Positions 1 to 11,636 of a stretch of 64,000 nt of DNA are shown one piece after another (within the stretch, counting starts at the first letter, position 1; each line of letters begins with the position of its first letter). The position numbers were made by a program, and so were the translations under genes. Location: contig MU055269.1 of the NCBI GenBank assembly GCA_013239625.1, forward strand, positions 2,286,441-2,350,440, written 5' to 3'. Below the pieces are notes generated by a model that searched no databases, had not been told where the DNA came from, and was given only the letters and a program-made list of their open reading frames with translations. This DNA is from Lama guanicoe (Eukaryota).

Positions 1-1404
1 GAGTCCGTCATCAGGAGAATCTCATTAACGCCAGTCAGTGAAACGCGCCGAAGCCTCGTGAACACGTCCCCCCATCTCCCGCTCGGTGCGTGCGGCTCAG
101 AAGGCCCTCGCCTCGCGCAGGAGACGCTGCTGCCACCAAGCCTAAGGAGTGCTTCTCGGGAATTTAACGTGTTTCATGGGCTTAGTTTCACAGGTGAGAC
201 TTGCACCCCCGACTGGACCGTCCTTGGAGTTACGGGTGGAGTTGCTGTCCCCACACCAGCTGCAGACACGCTGTCCTCGGTACCAGATACAGGCCCGCTG
301 TACTGGTGCCAAGTACGGGTGTGTTGTCCTTGGCGCCAGTTCCAGGCGGCTGCCCCCACACTAGGTACTGTTCACGTCTCTGACTCCCCAGCTGATGGTC
401 TTCCTACACCCCCCGCGAGGTCTGAAACCCTGCCGTCCCCCCGGACTCTGCTCCACCTCCCCTATTAGCTCAGCTAACAAACCTTGTAGGTTCTGCTTTA
501 AAACACTCCTGGCACGCGTGCCCTCCCCGACATCGGCACTGAAGCGAAGGCCGGGTGGCCTTCCTCCCGTTCCAGCCCATGCGGCTTTGCGAAGGACGCT
601 GCCTCCCTCCTTCCCCTCCACAACCTCTCCCTGCACCTGCTTCTCTCAGCTCAGCCTCTTCCTTTCTCGCTGGCCTGGAAGGCCCCCTGGGGGTCCGACA
701 TGGACCATGTGCCCAGGTTTTCCTCTATTTTCTGAGAACTGTCTTGGCCCTGAGTGGACTGGCCCCCTCCCTGTCCTTTAAACAAGGTGAGTATGTGCGT
801 TTCATATTATTAAAACTCATCTCTGCTGTGAGACAGTTAACGGAGCACTGGGTTGCTAATAATATTTCGCGTGAGAATCACGCATACCAGCTTTGAACGC
901 TGAAAGCAGAACTATATATTTTGGTGAGCTTTATAACAAATACATTGGTCACCAGTCTTTTGAGGGAAAAATAACTTAAATCTTCTAAGGAACACATGAA
1001 GCTGGTAAACTGTGTTCCAGTTCTTGGAATCTGGGGTCAGAACTGTTCATGAAAAAGGCAATTGCTGCTCTACAGCCCTCAGCACAGAGCTACGCATCCC
1101 ACAAGCACTGACTGCTTGTCAAATTAACACGGCGACTGGATCCCTTTTAACACAGAGCTGAACACATGGAACAGACGTTAAGTAAGAGCAGCCATCCTGA
1201 AACCTCACGATTATTTTGTTACATATGCTTTGGAGAGTGACTGGATGAGGCCTTGGACTTGGCTCTGCCCAGGAGGCTCGGCCGTAGCCACGCGGCTGCA
1301 GCAGCGTTGCTGTGTCGCAGCTGCAGTGGTCTGCTAGTAAAATGGCAGGGCAGTCAGTCATGTTTTCATACATTGGCTAAAAAATTCTGAATTTAAAGCC
1401 ACTG

Positions 1405-1610
1405 CTGTATGTAATAGCACCTGAGAAACAAATATTAGTTATAAATTTAGCAAAGCATGTATAGGATCTTTACGCAAAAACCAGAAAATGCTGGTGGAAG
1501 AAATCAAAGATGACAAACAAGTGGAGAGACACACTATATTCACAGAGCAGAAGACTCAGTGTGGCAAAGATACCAGTTCTCCCTAGACTGACCTACAGGT
1601 TTAATGCACA
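1405..1610 (+). mobile_element. Old L1 ORF2 fragment
   Basis: NKWRDTLYSQSRRLSVAKIPVLPRLTYRFNA resembles L1 ORF2 [31 protein letters not shown]. Confidence 0.8.
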
Positions 1611-3557
1611 GATTTATCTGTGTTCACGAAGGACCGAAAAGCCAGACTTGTTAACATTTTACACTTATTTGCCATGCCTGGTGTCTCTGGGTTCACGTCT
1701 ATCCTGTTCCAAGTCCCTCATTTACTTTGCAGGTGATTAAAAGGCACAGGAGGAATTCGAAGATCAGTCTTCCTGTAGGGTAAGAACCAGGCGGGAGGGA
1801 GCGGCCATCACCCTGACGTGGGCAGTCAGACAAGATGGGACCTGAGATGCGGACCCCACCCCACGCCCACCCGTCTACACTTGCGGTCAGGACATTAACA
1901 CAGGGACTCCGAAACACACGCAGCTGAGTATCTCAATAAACGAAACTAGAAAAAAAAATTAAAAAAAATGAAAACCTCTCAGTCGTTCAGAAAAATAATA
2001 TTACGTGAAGATTTGGAACAAAATCGTTCGTGGAAGAAACCCTACAGATGAAGGAAGACCTTGGTTCACACTCTGATGCCCACGTGCAGACCTGGCTTCC
2101 CGCAGGCGGGAGCCCCTGAGATGTGGACAGTGACCACAGCGACACGGTGGCACGTGCACTGACATGTTACCCTTTTCTGTGTCATGATTAACAAAACAGC
2201 AATAAACGTCGTGATGGCCTATGAAATAACATTGTGCTAAAAAACTTACACACTATGGGAGGAAGGCCACGGGATAAAGGACCGCTACGCCATTGATTTT
2301 TAACATGAATTGCTTTCCGTTGGCCTGTTTCACTCACTGCTGTTTTTGAAAAATGACTGTGTTCCCTCCACTTGTGTTAACGTCCTTTGCCAGCGGGAGG
2401 AGCTCGTGCACTTGGCTTCTGGGCGGCTTTCGCGCGCACACCCCCCCCCATTACGGCCCCCACCCCCACCATTTTTAACTGTTTTCCAATTTGCTGGAGA
2501 GCTGGAAGTTCTTAAACTGGCGAATAATAACGGGAGATTAGTTTTCGCCTGATGCATCCGAAGATGGATGGTCTTCAGATGGGGGAGAGATCCATTCCCT
2601 GAGTGAGCGGCTGTTTTATGGAAACAGGGACAAGGCGTTTGTCTGCGCCATCACTTGTGTTTGGATTTGACTGGAACAAATTGATGGAGTTATTCCCGCT
2701 CAGGGGAAAATGCTGTTATCTTGAAAAAAAATGAATATTCACTGTGCCTGCGGTTTTGTGCTTCCGGGAAAAGAGAGTTCTAGTTCTTAATTTGTTTCTT
2801 GTCTGAGAGAGGAATTTAAAGTCTTCCCTGAATCCACCATCAGAATGCCAACGACCCGAATCATAGCAAGCGCGCGGTTCTGGGACGGGTCCCCGCTCTG
2901 TTTCACACTCGCGGGCCCTGTGCCCTCCCTGCTGGGCACCAGGAGACCGGACCCCCTCCCCTCCCTCTGCCAAGCATTAATGTCCTTGCCTCTCTCTTCT
3001 GGAAGAATGACTCGGATGAGGACAAAGGAGGCAAGAGAACAGTAACAAATCATCAGCTACCCAGGCACAAATAACGCAGCCGGAGGGCTCGCGGTGGTCG
3101 CGCTGGCACCGCCGGCCCGTCAGGACCAGCTCTCATTCTGGTGCTTTAAAACCCAAGCTCCAAAATCCTGCCTGTCTCTTACGTCGGCCCCTAATGACAA
3201 AGTGTCCATGATGATGTGATGCCCCGGGTGCGGGGCAAGGTGAGGGCCACCAAATGCCCGCAGGTCACAGGTGTCACCCAGCGGACGCTTTGTCCCTCCA
3301 CGCTGACTCCGGGCCCGTCACCCGCCAGTTTGGGGGAAACTGCTCCTGCAAACACAATGCGTACCTGACAAGGAGTGTTGGTAACACGTGCTCCGTCTTT
3401 TCCACGTGATGTGAACAGAGCTGAGCTCCGCGCGGAGCGGCTGTTTGGAAACCTCTGCCCTCTTAAGACTCGGAGTCGAGCGTCTTCCTGGAGGTCGCCG
3501 ACGCAGGTGCCCTCACCCCGGGCTGTCTCCAGCTCAGCCCGCCGACGGCCCTGGGTC

Positions 3558-4161
3558 TGTTACTGAGGCGGAAGCCCCATAAAAAGACCGGCAGGACCCC
3601 GAGGCACGGCCGCTGCTCTCCTCCCAGCACCGGCCAGTTCACTGGCCCAGAGCCTCTATCTCACTTTCTGCCTCTAAAGAGGCTTACTTACACCTAGAAT
3701 TCTATTGGTCCCCTGAGCTCACGTCTGATTGGTTATTTCTTTCACTCCTGATTGGTTATTACTCTCACTTCTGATTGGTTATTACTCTCACTCCTGATTG
3801 GTTATTAATCTCACTTCTGATTGGTCCACTTCCCTAACTTCTGATTGGTCCATTTGTAGTGCTTCATTTGCATGGAGCTCACTCCTGATTGGTGTATTTC
3901 TACAAAGCTTGTTCCTGGTTGGTCAACTTCTGTTGTACTTTATTTACATATGATGTTGCAAAGTGTAAACTGACAGCCTATAAAAGGCCTGTGTAAACCT
4001 ACAGACGGGTGTCCAGAGCTTGAAGTGTTAGCTCTTCTGGGCCTGGTGGTGTAGTAAGGCTGAATTCTCCAACTCTGTCAGTGCTGCTTGGTATCTTCTC
4101 CGGATCCAGGTTGCTGTCACAACTGAGCTGTAACAGAGCTGTAACGCGTTCTTCTGCTACA
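3558..4161 (+). mobile_element. ERV1-like solo LTR with a tandem CCAAT array (boundaries approximate)
   Basis: TG...CA ends, eight ATTGG boxes (3704-3892), octamer ATTTGCAT (3866-3873), TATAAAA (3979-3985), a decayed poly(A)-like AGTAAG (4053-4058) and repeated GAGCTGTAAC in U5. No clear TSD found. Confidence 0.75.
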
Positions 4162-7100
4162 TATCTATAGGTGCAGATAATTCCTGAACAGCTGTCAGAC
4201 TTCAGTAGACACCTAACTCCTGACGGGAAATCTGCCGAGGCCCCGGGCAGCTGTTTGGCTCAGCGATGGGTACTGATGCCAGGGCAGAGCCTGGCCCACA
4301 GTGGCCTCTCTGTGGACCTGTCTCGGATGGGTCCAGTCATCTGGTGACTCAGAGCAGTGACAAGTTTCTTCCTGGCACTTTCTGAATCAAGTCTCTCACA
4401 CAAGTTCTAGGAATGCATGGTTCTCCATATGTCCCCCGAAGAATCTAGTGTGAAAAAGGAGCAAAAACAGCGATGCCACCTGCCTTTAAACCCTGGGGTG
4501 GACACATCAGTGTTTTCACCCTTGTGGGTCTTAGACCAAAAGCGCTGCTCAGGGCCACCCCTCGTCCTCCGGGTGTGGACGGTGTAGTTGGAGGGGTTGG
4601 GGGAAGAGCTTGCCGGGTCTGCTCCCTTCCAGTCCAGCTCCCGGTGTTCGGCGGCCCTGCCAGGTGAGATCCCCATGGAGCCTGTGTGGATGAGAGGAGA
4701 TGCTCCCAACCCAGAGGTCCCAGCAGGTGAGAAAGCACGGAGCAGCCACGTGAGCAAAGGGAGGTAACAGAGAAGGATGGACTTCCACAAAGTTGTGTTC
4801 CTTTCTTTCAAAGTTTGTAGGTAGACTTCACACCTGGTGCAGGTGGGATGAGCTGGAAATAACAATGTGCTCGGAAAGAAGAAAAAGAAAGCATTGTGGT
4901 GGCGTTGGTTAGAGACAGTGGATACCAGCCGGAGAACTGGGACGTGTGGTTGCCACTCTTCGCTGCAGAACGAGCCCTGGTCTCCTGGCAAACGCTGGGG
5001 GTTGGATGCAGCGGGCGCAAGTCTAGTTAGACACATGAGATTTTTCAGGTTTGCTGCTGTTTTAAAGGATGAAACCTGGGGGCTGGTCAGCTCCCACATT
5101 CAGTGGAAAAATAATGCCTCAACCTAAGCGAGCAGAACTGAACTGTCTGCCACCTTCTGGTTTGTCTGTGTGATTGGAAGCGCCCCACCCACCAGCTGTC
5201 CCCAAACGCATGGCTTTGCCACTTGTCCCATCACGCTACGGACTGAAGAGGCAGGACCGTGCGCGCATCCACGAAGAGCCATTGAGGACACATGCCTTCA
5301 CGAGGTGGTCTCCCTGGGGGTCTAGAGACAGAGGGAGGAAAGGGATTTGTATTTCACTTCCCCCACCCCGTAGAGGAACTTTTGATTCCGCAGGACTCAA
5401 GAAACTCAGATCCAGGCAGCTGAGTGGTTTGTCTTGTTAATCTGTTTGGAACCGCGGACAATCATGGTGTCGCTGTTTTTCCTAACTGCCCATGACAAGG
5501 AAGGACAATAGAGCAAGACCTTGGGTCACAAAGTGATTTCTTTACTTGTGACAATGGTGACAAAGCCAAGTAATGCTTCTCCCGGATTCTTTTCTTCGTC
5601 TTCGAGAGCCATGCAATGTAGCTCACCATGAGGCGGATGGACTTCTGCCCACTTTCTCTGGCTTTGCACTTCTGTGGCTTATACTAACCCTTGACACCCT
5701 TCAGGAACCTGCTGAATTGGTGTCCCGTCCTCAGGCACCCCTCACGGGGCAGCAGTCTGAGTGGCTTCTGTCGAGCAGTTCCACTAAATGGCTCTCCTCC
5801 ACGCTCGCTGGCCTTGCCGACTCCCCACCGTGTCGCTGGTGAGAGGTGACAGGGTCTGTCCACCCAGCCACCTCTTTGTAGCCCTTTGGAAGGAAGGAAG
5901 GAGCAGTTTCAAGTCCCCCCTGGACAATGGGCCCAGATGCTGGGCTGGGGGGCCTGTAACATAAGTGTGAAAGACCAGAGCACATGGTGACAAGGGCACA
6001 AGCTTGCAGAAGACGTGGCCTGTCTGCGCGGAAGCCGCGCGCTGACGTCACTCCCTTTCCGGGACGGTGCCGTGGCGTGGCCTGTCCCCTCCCCACTCCC
6101 CGGCCCGCGGCGCTCTGGCAGGTTCCGCAGGTCGCTGGGCTCCGAGCCCCCCCACCCCCGCCTCTCAGCCACACCCATCGATTTGTTTGCGTGTTTTCGG
6201 CGGCGGCAGTTGCTCCGCTCCCGCTCAGACAGCGCCCAGCGTGTCCGGGACGGGGGTCAGTTTCCCCCGCAAGGGCGAGGCGCTTAGGCTTCGCGATCTG
6301 GGCAGAACTCCCTTCTGTCTGAATGACCTTGCAGGTCACCCTGCAGTTCGGCCCTTGGTTGAGTTCAAGAGTGCGTTTGTTCCCGAATCCCTGACTCGGT
6401 GCGTTTGAGGCTGTGGGCTTGTCCTTTCTTCACGGTGTCGGCTGCAGGCAGCTCAGTCACTGGGCAGACTCAGGGGCAGACGGAAAATTTCGGTGACCCG
6501 GCGACCGTTCTGATGACATATTTCTTCTCAGACGCTGGTACCGAGGTGGCTGGCGGGGCGTGGGGCCGGCTGGTGAGGGTGGCCTGTGTGTCCCTGAAGC
6601 TCCGCTCAGTGGGGCGGTCGCTCGGTTGTGACTAGAGGGACCGGTTTGGTTTCCAAGCTGGAGACTCCGTGCTCCTGGCGGAACGTGAAGTGAACGCCGG
6701 GGGCAGGTGCGCGACGGCTTCTGTCTCTCTGAAATGAGGGAACAGAAGGCCCCAGCCTCCTTGGGACCAAGGGCTTTGCCTCCTGGGACGCCGCCCAAGG
6801 GCTGGAGTCACGGGCCTCAGGGTGGTGACACAGCAAGACTTCATGAGCCATGGGAGTGAGGTCGCTCTGGGCACAGAAGCACTGCAAGTCGGCATTACGG
6901 TCAGTGCTCTGCTGGCTCAGCGGACACCGCAGGGACGGAGCATTTTCTGATGGAGGTTTAACCTCAGGCGGACACCTCCGTGGCCGATTTCCAGCTCTCG
7001 GCCCAGTGAGTGGATATGATGGAGGCCGTGGAGGTGGATGGGGCCCCGGCTGGAGTGGGACGCTGCTGTCAGGTGGGTCCCATCTTGTCCGGTCTCATGC

Positions 7101-10100
7101 GCGGCTGCCCGGGGCCTCCCTACCAGGAGCGTTGCTTGACGCATGGCAGGCCCTTCCATCTTGTCTGGGAAGCCTGGAGAGCTTGCGTCCGGAGGAACGG
7201 GCTCCTCCTCCCTGCAGGGAAGGCTCTCCGCTGTTACCCCCACTCAGGGCAGCAGAGCTGGTGCTGAGAGCGAAGTTCTTGAATGTGAAATCTGGGGGGC
7301 TTTCTTGGGTCTCCTTCCAAGATGGTGGGAGGCAGGGATGGATGTTGGCGGTAATCGCTCTGACCTTTTCCCTTTGCTCCCAGGCACCCATTAAAGGCGT
7401 CGGTGTGTGTACAGCATGTAGAGGGCTTTCCAACATAAACATCAAGATAACATCTCAGTAGAGGCAGAAACCAGTCACACAGGATGCCTTTTCTTGGCTT
7501 GGAATTCAACTGTTCCCTCGCACAAGATGACAGCCAGCAGTTTAAAGGCCGCAGAGTCTGGAAGACTTATTTTGGAAGGAGACGCCAAGTTGCAACAGGC
7601 TTTCCAGCAAGTGAAGGCCACGGCTGGGTGCGGCTGCGCTGGGGGGCAGCCCCTGGGGCGGGGGGCAGACTAGACCACCTGCCCCGCTCAGGGAGACATG
7701 AGGTCCAAGGACAGCCAGCTGGCCTGCCCACTCGCGTCAGCACGGTCCCCGAGGAACTTGATCTGCTCTGGGTCCCCACGGCCAGACCTCCAGGCCCATC
7801 CAAACCACCCAGCTCTGGTCAGAGCCACACACTTAGAAATTATGAAGAAATCCGATTCAGAAGACTGGAAGACTGACGAGGAGGGAAGTCTCGGGGTGGC
7901 CTTCCTGTGGGAGGGACGCCCAGGCACCGAGGCTGTGTTTTCTCTGAGCAGAACAAGACCCCACAAGCCTGAGGCACGTGATGTCTCCCTGGGCACTCAA
8001 GGGAGAGAGGTGCTCTGTCACTCGGCTGAGGAAGTCCCTGGAGGTTTGAGGAAAGGGCTGCTGGCGCCTTCGTCTTCAAAGAAATGTTCGCCATTGTCAC
8101 TTGACACCTACATCTTCTGGTGAGGAAATCGAGGTCTGAGAGCAGAAACCCAAAGGCCGAGGGCCAGAGCTGGTGGGGTGGGGACGCGGCCGCGCAGGGG
8201 CTGCGCTCAGCGGCTCCGGTCCCTGTGGGAGGCAGGCCGACGCCAGTCTTTCCCAGCACAAGGAGTGGGGGTCCTCTTTCTCTGCATCAGCACAGGCCCC
8301 CAGCGGCAGGACAGGCAGTTATTTTTGCTACGGTTGCCGCTTTCCAGGCCAGAAAAGGCAGCTCAGAGCAGACGACACGAGGCTGAGTCCAGGAATCAGA
8401 CCTGCAACCCGGCGCCGATTCGCACTCTGCGCTTCTCCAGGTACCGAGAGTCTAACTCCTTCACCCCCGAGTGCCCTGGGGATGGTTGGCTGTGGGTTCA
8501 GAGCCAGGCAGGTGACTCTGGGCAAACCTCTGGGTGCACCTGACGACCCGGTGGCTGGACAGGGACAGTGTTCTCTCCAGGCCGGCGAGGACCAGATCCC
8601 AGGGGCCGCAGGACGGAGGCAGAGGGACTTCAAGGGGAACCAGTCAGAGCAGCCGAGGGGCAGGAGCTGCGTGCGGCTGTCCCCTGCGCTCCGGCATCTC
8701 CAGGGCCCGGACAAGCCGGCACAGGGGGGACTGGGGGTGCCGGGCCAGGCGTTTGCTCCCTGCTGCCCGCTCAGGGCGCCCTTCCAGCTCCTTCCACCCA
8801 CAGGCACCAGGCGCTCTGCGTTATGTGCTCTGGGAGGCCCAGCCACGCGCGGCCGGGGTGGCCGGATGAGGGAGCGGAAGGAAGAGGCTCTGCCGCCCTC
8901 ACCCAGGGCCGACGTCCCCGCTGTGTGTCCTCCTCCTCTTCTCCACCTCGGAACCATGCTTTCCCAGCTTGCTTCGGGGGCCTCAGGTGCAATTTCATTT
9001 GCGTCCTGGGGCTCCCCTCCCCCCTCCCACAGGCACGTTACAGCCCCGGGAGTGTCACCCCGCGTCAGACTGAGACAAGGCTGACATCCCCCGGATCCGA
9101 GTCCCTGGTGGGGTGGGGGCGGGGCGGCCAGTTCCTGAAGAAGCCGGCTGCTCCCCAGTGTGGTACGTGGACTCGTGGCCGCTGGGCCTTCTCCCCCTTC
9201 CTGGGGGGTTTGTACACAGAGAGAGACGGACAGAGGGAAGGAGGGAAGTGCTGGGACGCCCGGGCCCAGCGCGTCCGTCTGACGTCGCGCATCCGCTGTG
9301 AGCTCCTGGAGCTCAGGGGGAAGGGGGGGGGATTGGTTCCTGGCCCGGGGCCCCTCGAGGCGGTGCTCAGCCGTGGCTTCACCCAGCGTCTCCGGCTCCT
9401 CCGAGAACCTATTTCAAGGGCCTTGGTCGTGGGATCTCAGGACAAGTAGGTTTTAAAGCCATTTAGGGTGGCCTGACCCTTCAGTCCTTTCCCCATGGCT
9501 GGTGCCATTAACTCCTCCCTCCGATAAAGAAAAAAAGCCCAAAATGGTTTCTTGAACTAATAAAGACGCCAACATGCTGGAGGAGGACGCTGAAAATAGC
9601 TGCCAGCCCTTCTCCCGGAGGGCGGACGGCGGCCTAGTGTTTACTCGGCGGGGGTGGGGGGGGCATGAGAGCCGCGAGGCCCCACCTGCGGGAGGGAAGC
9701 CGGTGCGGAGACGCCCCCCGGAACCTGCACGCGCGGCCGGGCCCTGTGCGGGGTCTGCGGAGAGGACACGGCCGTGACGGGGGGCTTTGTGTCAACCCCT
9801 GCTCCACCTCGTCTTCCTGTCCCTGAATCCACGTGTGAGCCCCGCCCCCAGACACGCACACGGCCGCCCAGTCCGTCCACACCTTCCGGGCTCTTCCAGT
9901 GTGTTCCCTCAAGCCCACCCGGACCCCGTGAGGGCCGGGGGGACCGTGAGAGGACAGATGACAAAGGCGAAGGCCTGTGACTGATGGCCCGCAGGCGCCC
10001 CGCCCCTCACGCTGCGTCCGCAGCCCGAGCGGGAGCCACATGGCGCTGCTGTGCGGAGCTCCCGTTTCTCTCTGGCTGGGTTTGTAAGTGGAGGCACAGT

Positions 10101-11558
10101 GGTCTGTCCAGGATGAAGACGTAGGGGTCAGGGCTGCAGCTTTTCCCCGCAAAGAGAAGAGTCAGCATTCTGGCGAGCAGTCTTAACGTCCGCTCAACAC
10201 CAAAGTCCTGGCCCCCACCCTCCTGCTCTGCACCCGGGACTGGTGGTGAAGTGGGGCTTCTGGGTGGAGCTGCTCTGCTTTCTGATGGTGGAGGAGAGAA
10301 GGGGGCTCTGGGTGGCTTCAGGGCAAAGGGAACATGTGGGTGTCTTTTTGGGGACCTCTGCCCTCCCCGAACCCTGTCCCCCCACCGTGTTACAGGGTGA
10401 CAGTGAGCCTGGGGACCCTGGGCCCTCCCAGGAGGGCCATCCGGCTCGGCTTCCTCTTGGCCAAGTCCAGACCAAGCCGAGGCCCAAGGGCCCCAGAGAT
10501 TATGGGCCCCCAGGGGGCGGGCCCTCAGCACCTTCCTGGGGGTGGGGGTGCGTGCTTTAAAGGAAAGCCACGAGAGAAGAGCCCCCTGCACAGTGAGCAT
10601 GAGAAACGGCAGAAGCACAACTAGTGGGGGCGGCGGCACCCCAACCCTCTGCAGCCGTCCAGGTGCGGACTCATCCCCGCCGCCCGGTGGCCTGACGGAC
10701 AAGCCCCTCCCACGCAGCCAGCAGCCCCGTCACTGCTCAGTGTCCGGGGTGATGGCGGTGCAGGGGCCTGAGCGCCGGCCTCCTGCCGCCCTGCCTGGGA
10801 GCCCGGCGAGCCCGCTGGCCTTTGTAGAGCTGCTCGCCCCCGGGATCAGCTGGGGTTGGGCATCCTGCAGCCCCTGCAGTCACATCATCACATGGGGGTG
10901 GTGACAGCTGCCCATCCCCTCCAGAGGTCTGTGGATGCCCCTCTGGCCTGTCTTCGTCCCTTCTCCCAGCCCCTCCTCTGATGCCTTTAAAGAGGGACGA
11001 TCCACCATCAGGATTCCCTGGGCCCCACTGCTCAGCCCTGGGGCTGCATCAAGGGCCAGAAGCCGCCCTCCTGTTTCGTGTTCCAGCATGTGCTTTCAAC
11101 CTTGTTCTCAGGTTAAGAAGGCAGGTGGGGCACAGGCCGTTTGTGCTGGGACAGCAGGCGCCCAGATGGGAGTCCCCATGGGGCTGTGCCCCCCGGCCCG
11201 CATGACCAGCATCTGGCCCAGGCTTGGTCCCATGCCTCTCCTAGGGCTGTTTTGCCCTGCTGTCCACGCGATCTCCCCACAGTCCCTATGGGCTTGGAAG
11301 AGCAGTGGGAGGGGGGCAGGTCCCAGGGCTCGCCCTCCACCCCAGGGCACTTGGGGGATGTGGCGCAAGAGCCAGCTCCTCTCAGACTTGCTGAGTGCTC
11401 CGTGTCTGCCTGGCGTTGGCTTTCCCAGGAGACGGGGCGGCGGGTCAAGGCTCACTCCCAGGGCTTGTCCTCGCAGGACCCACCCTGAATCAAGAGAGGA
11501 TGTCTTCCTCCGCGGCCACGAGGTGCCACTGCGCGTGGGCGGGGGACGCTCACCTTAC

Positions 11559-11636
11559 CTGGTACATGTTGCACAGCCCGGGCGGCCGGCGGGCAGGAGC
11601 GGACGGCGGGCTCCTGCTCTGCGTGAGCCACGGGAC
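11559..11636 (-). CDS. MBP: Classic MBP alternatively spliced exon II (Golli exon 6), 26 codons VPWLTQSRSPPSAPARRPPGLCNMYQ
   Basis: 78-nt phase 0/0 cassette, acceptor cccggcag|GTC, donor CAG|gtaagg. Homologous to the exon-II peptide (human VPWLKPGRSPLPSHARSQPGLCNMYK) of the 21.5-kDa-type isoforms. Confidence 0.93.

Noticed and set aside
3704-3892. Regularly spaced short repeats suggestive of a CRISPR array
   Set aside because: Eukaryotic context; the spacers are short and similar to each other, and the array lies within an LTR U3.
8173-9449. Longest ORFs in the track (303 and 293 aa), and similar ones at 10935, 33801, 42768, 58253 and 61005
   Set aside because: Pro/Gly/Arg/Ala-rich with no recognisable domain, overlapping in several frames, often with non-ATG starts. 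This is expected in GC-rich intronic DNA, and some lie in MLT1 LTRs.
1-11558. Search for MBP exon III (DSHH...HYGSLPQK)
   Set aside because: Not seen; it is expected downstream, to the left of the window.
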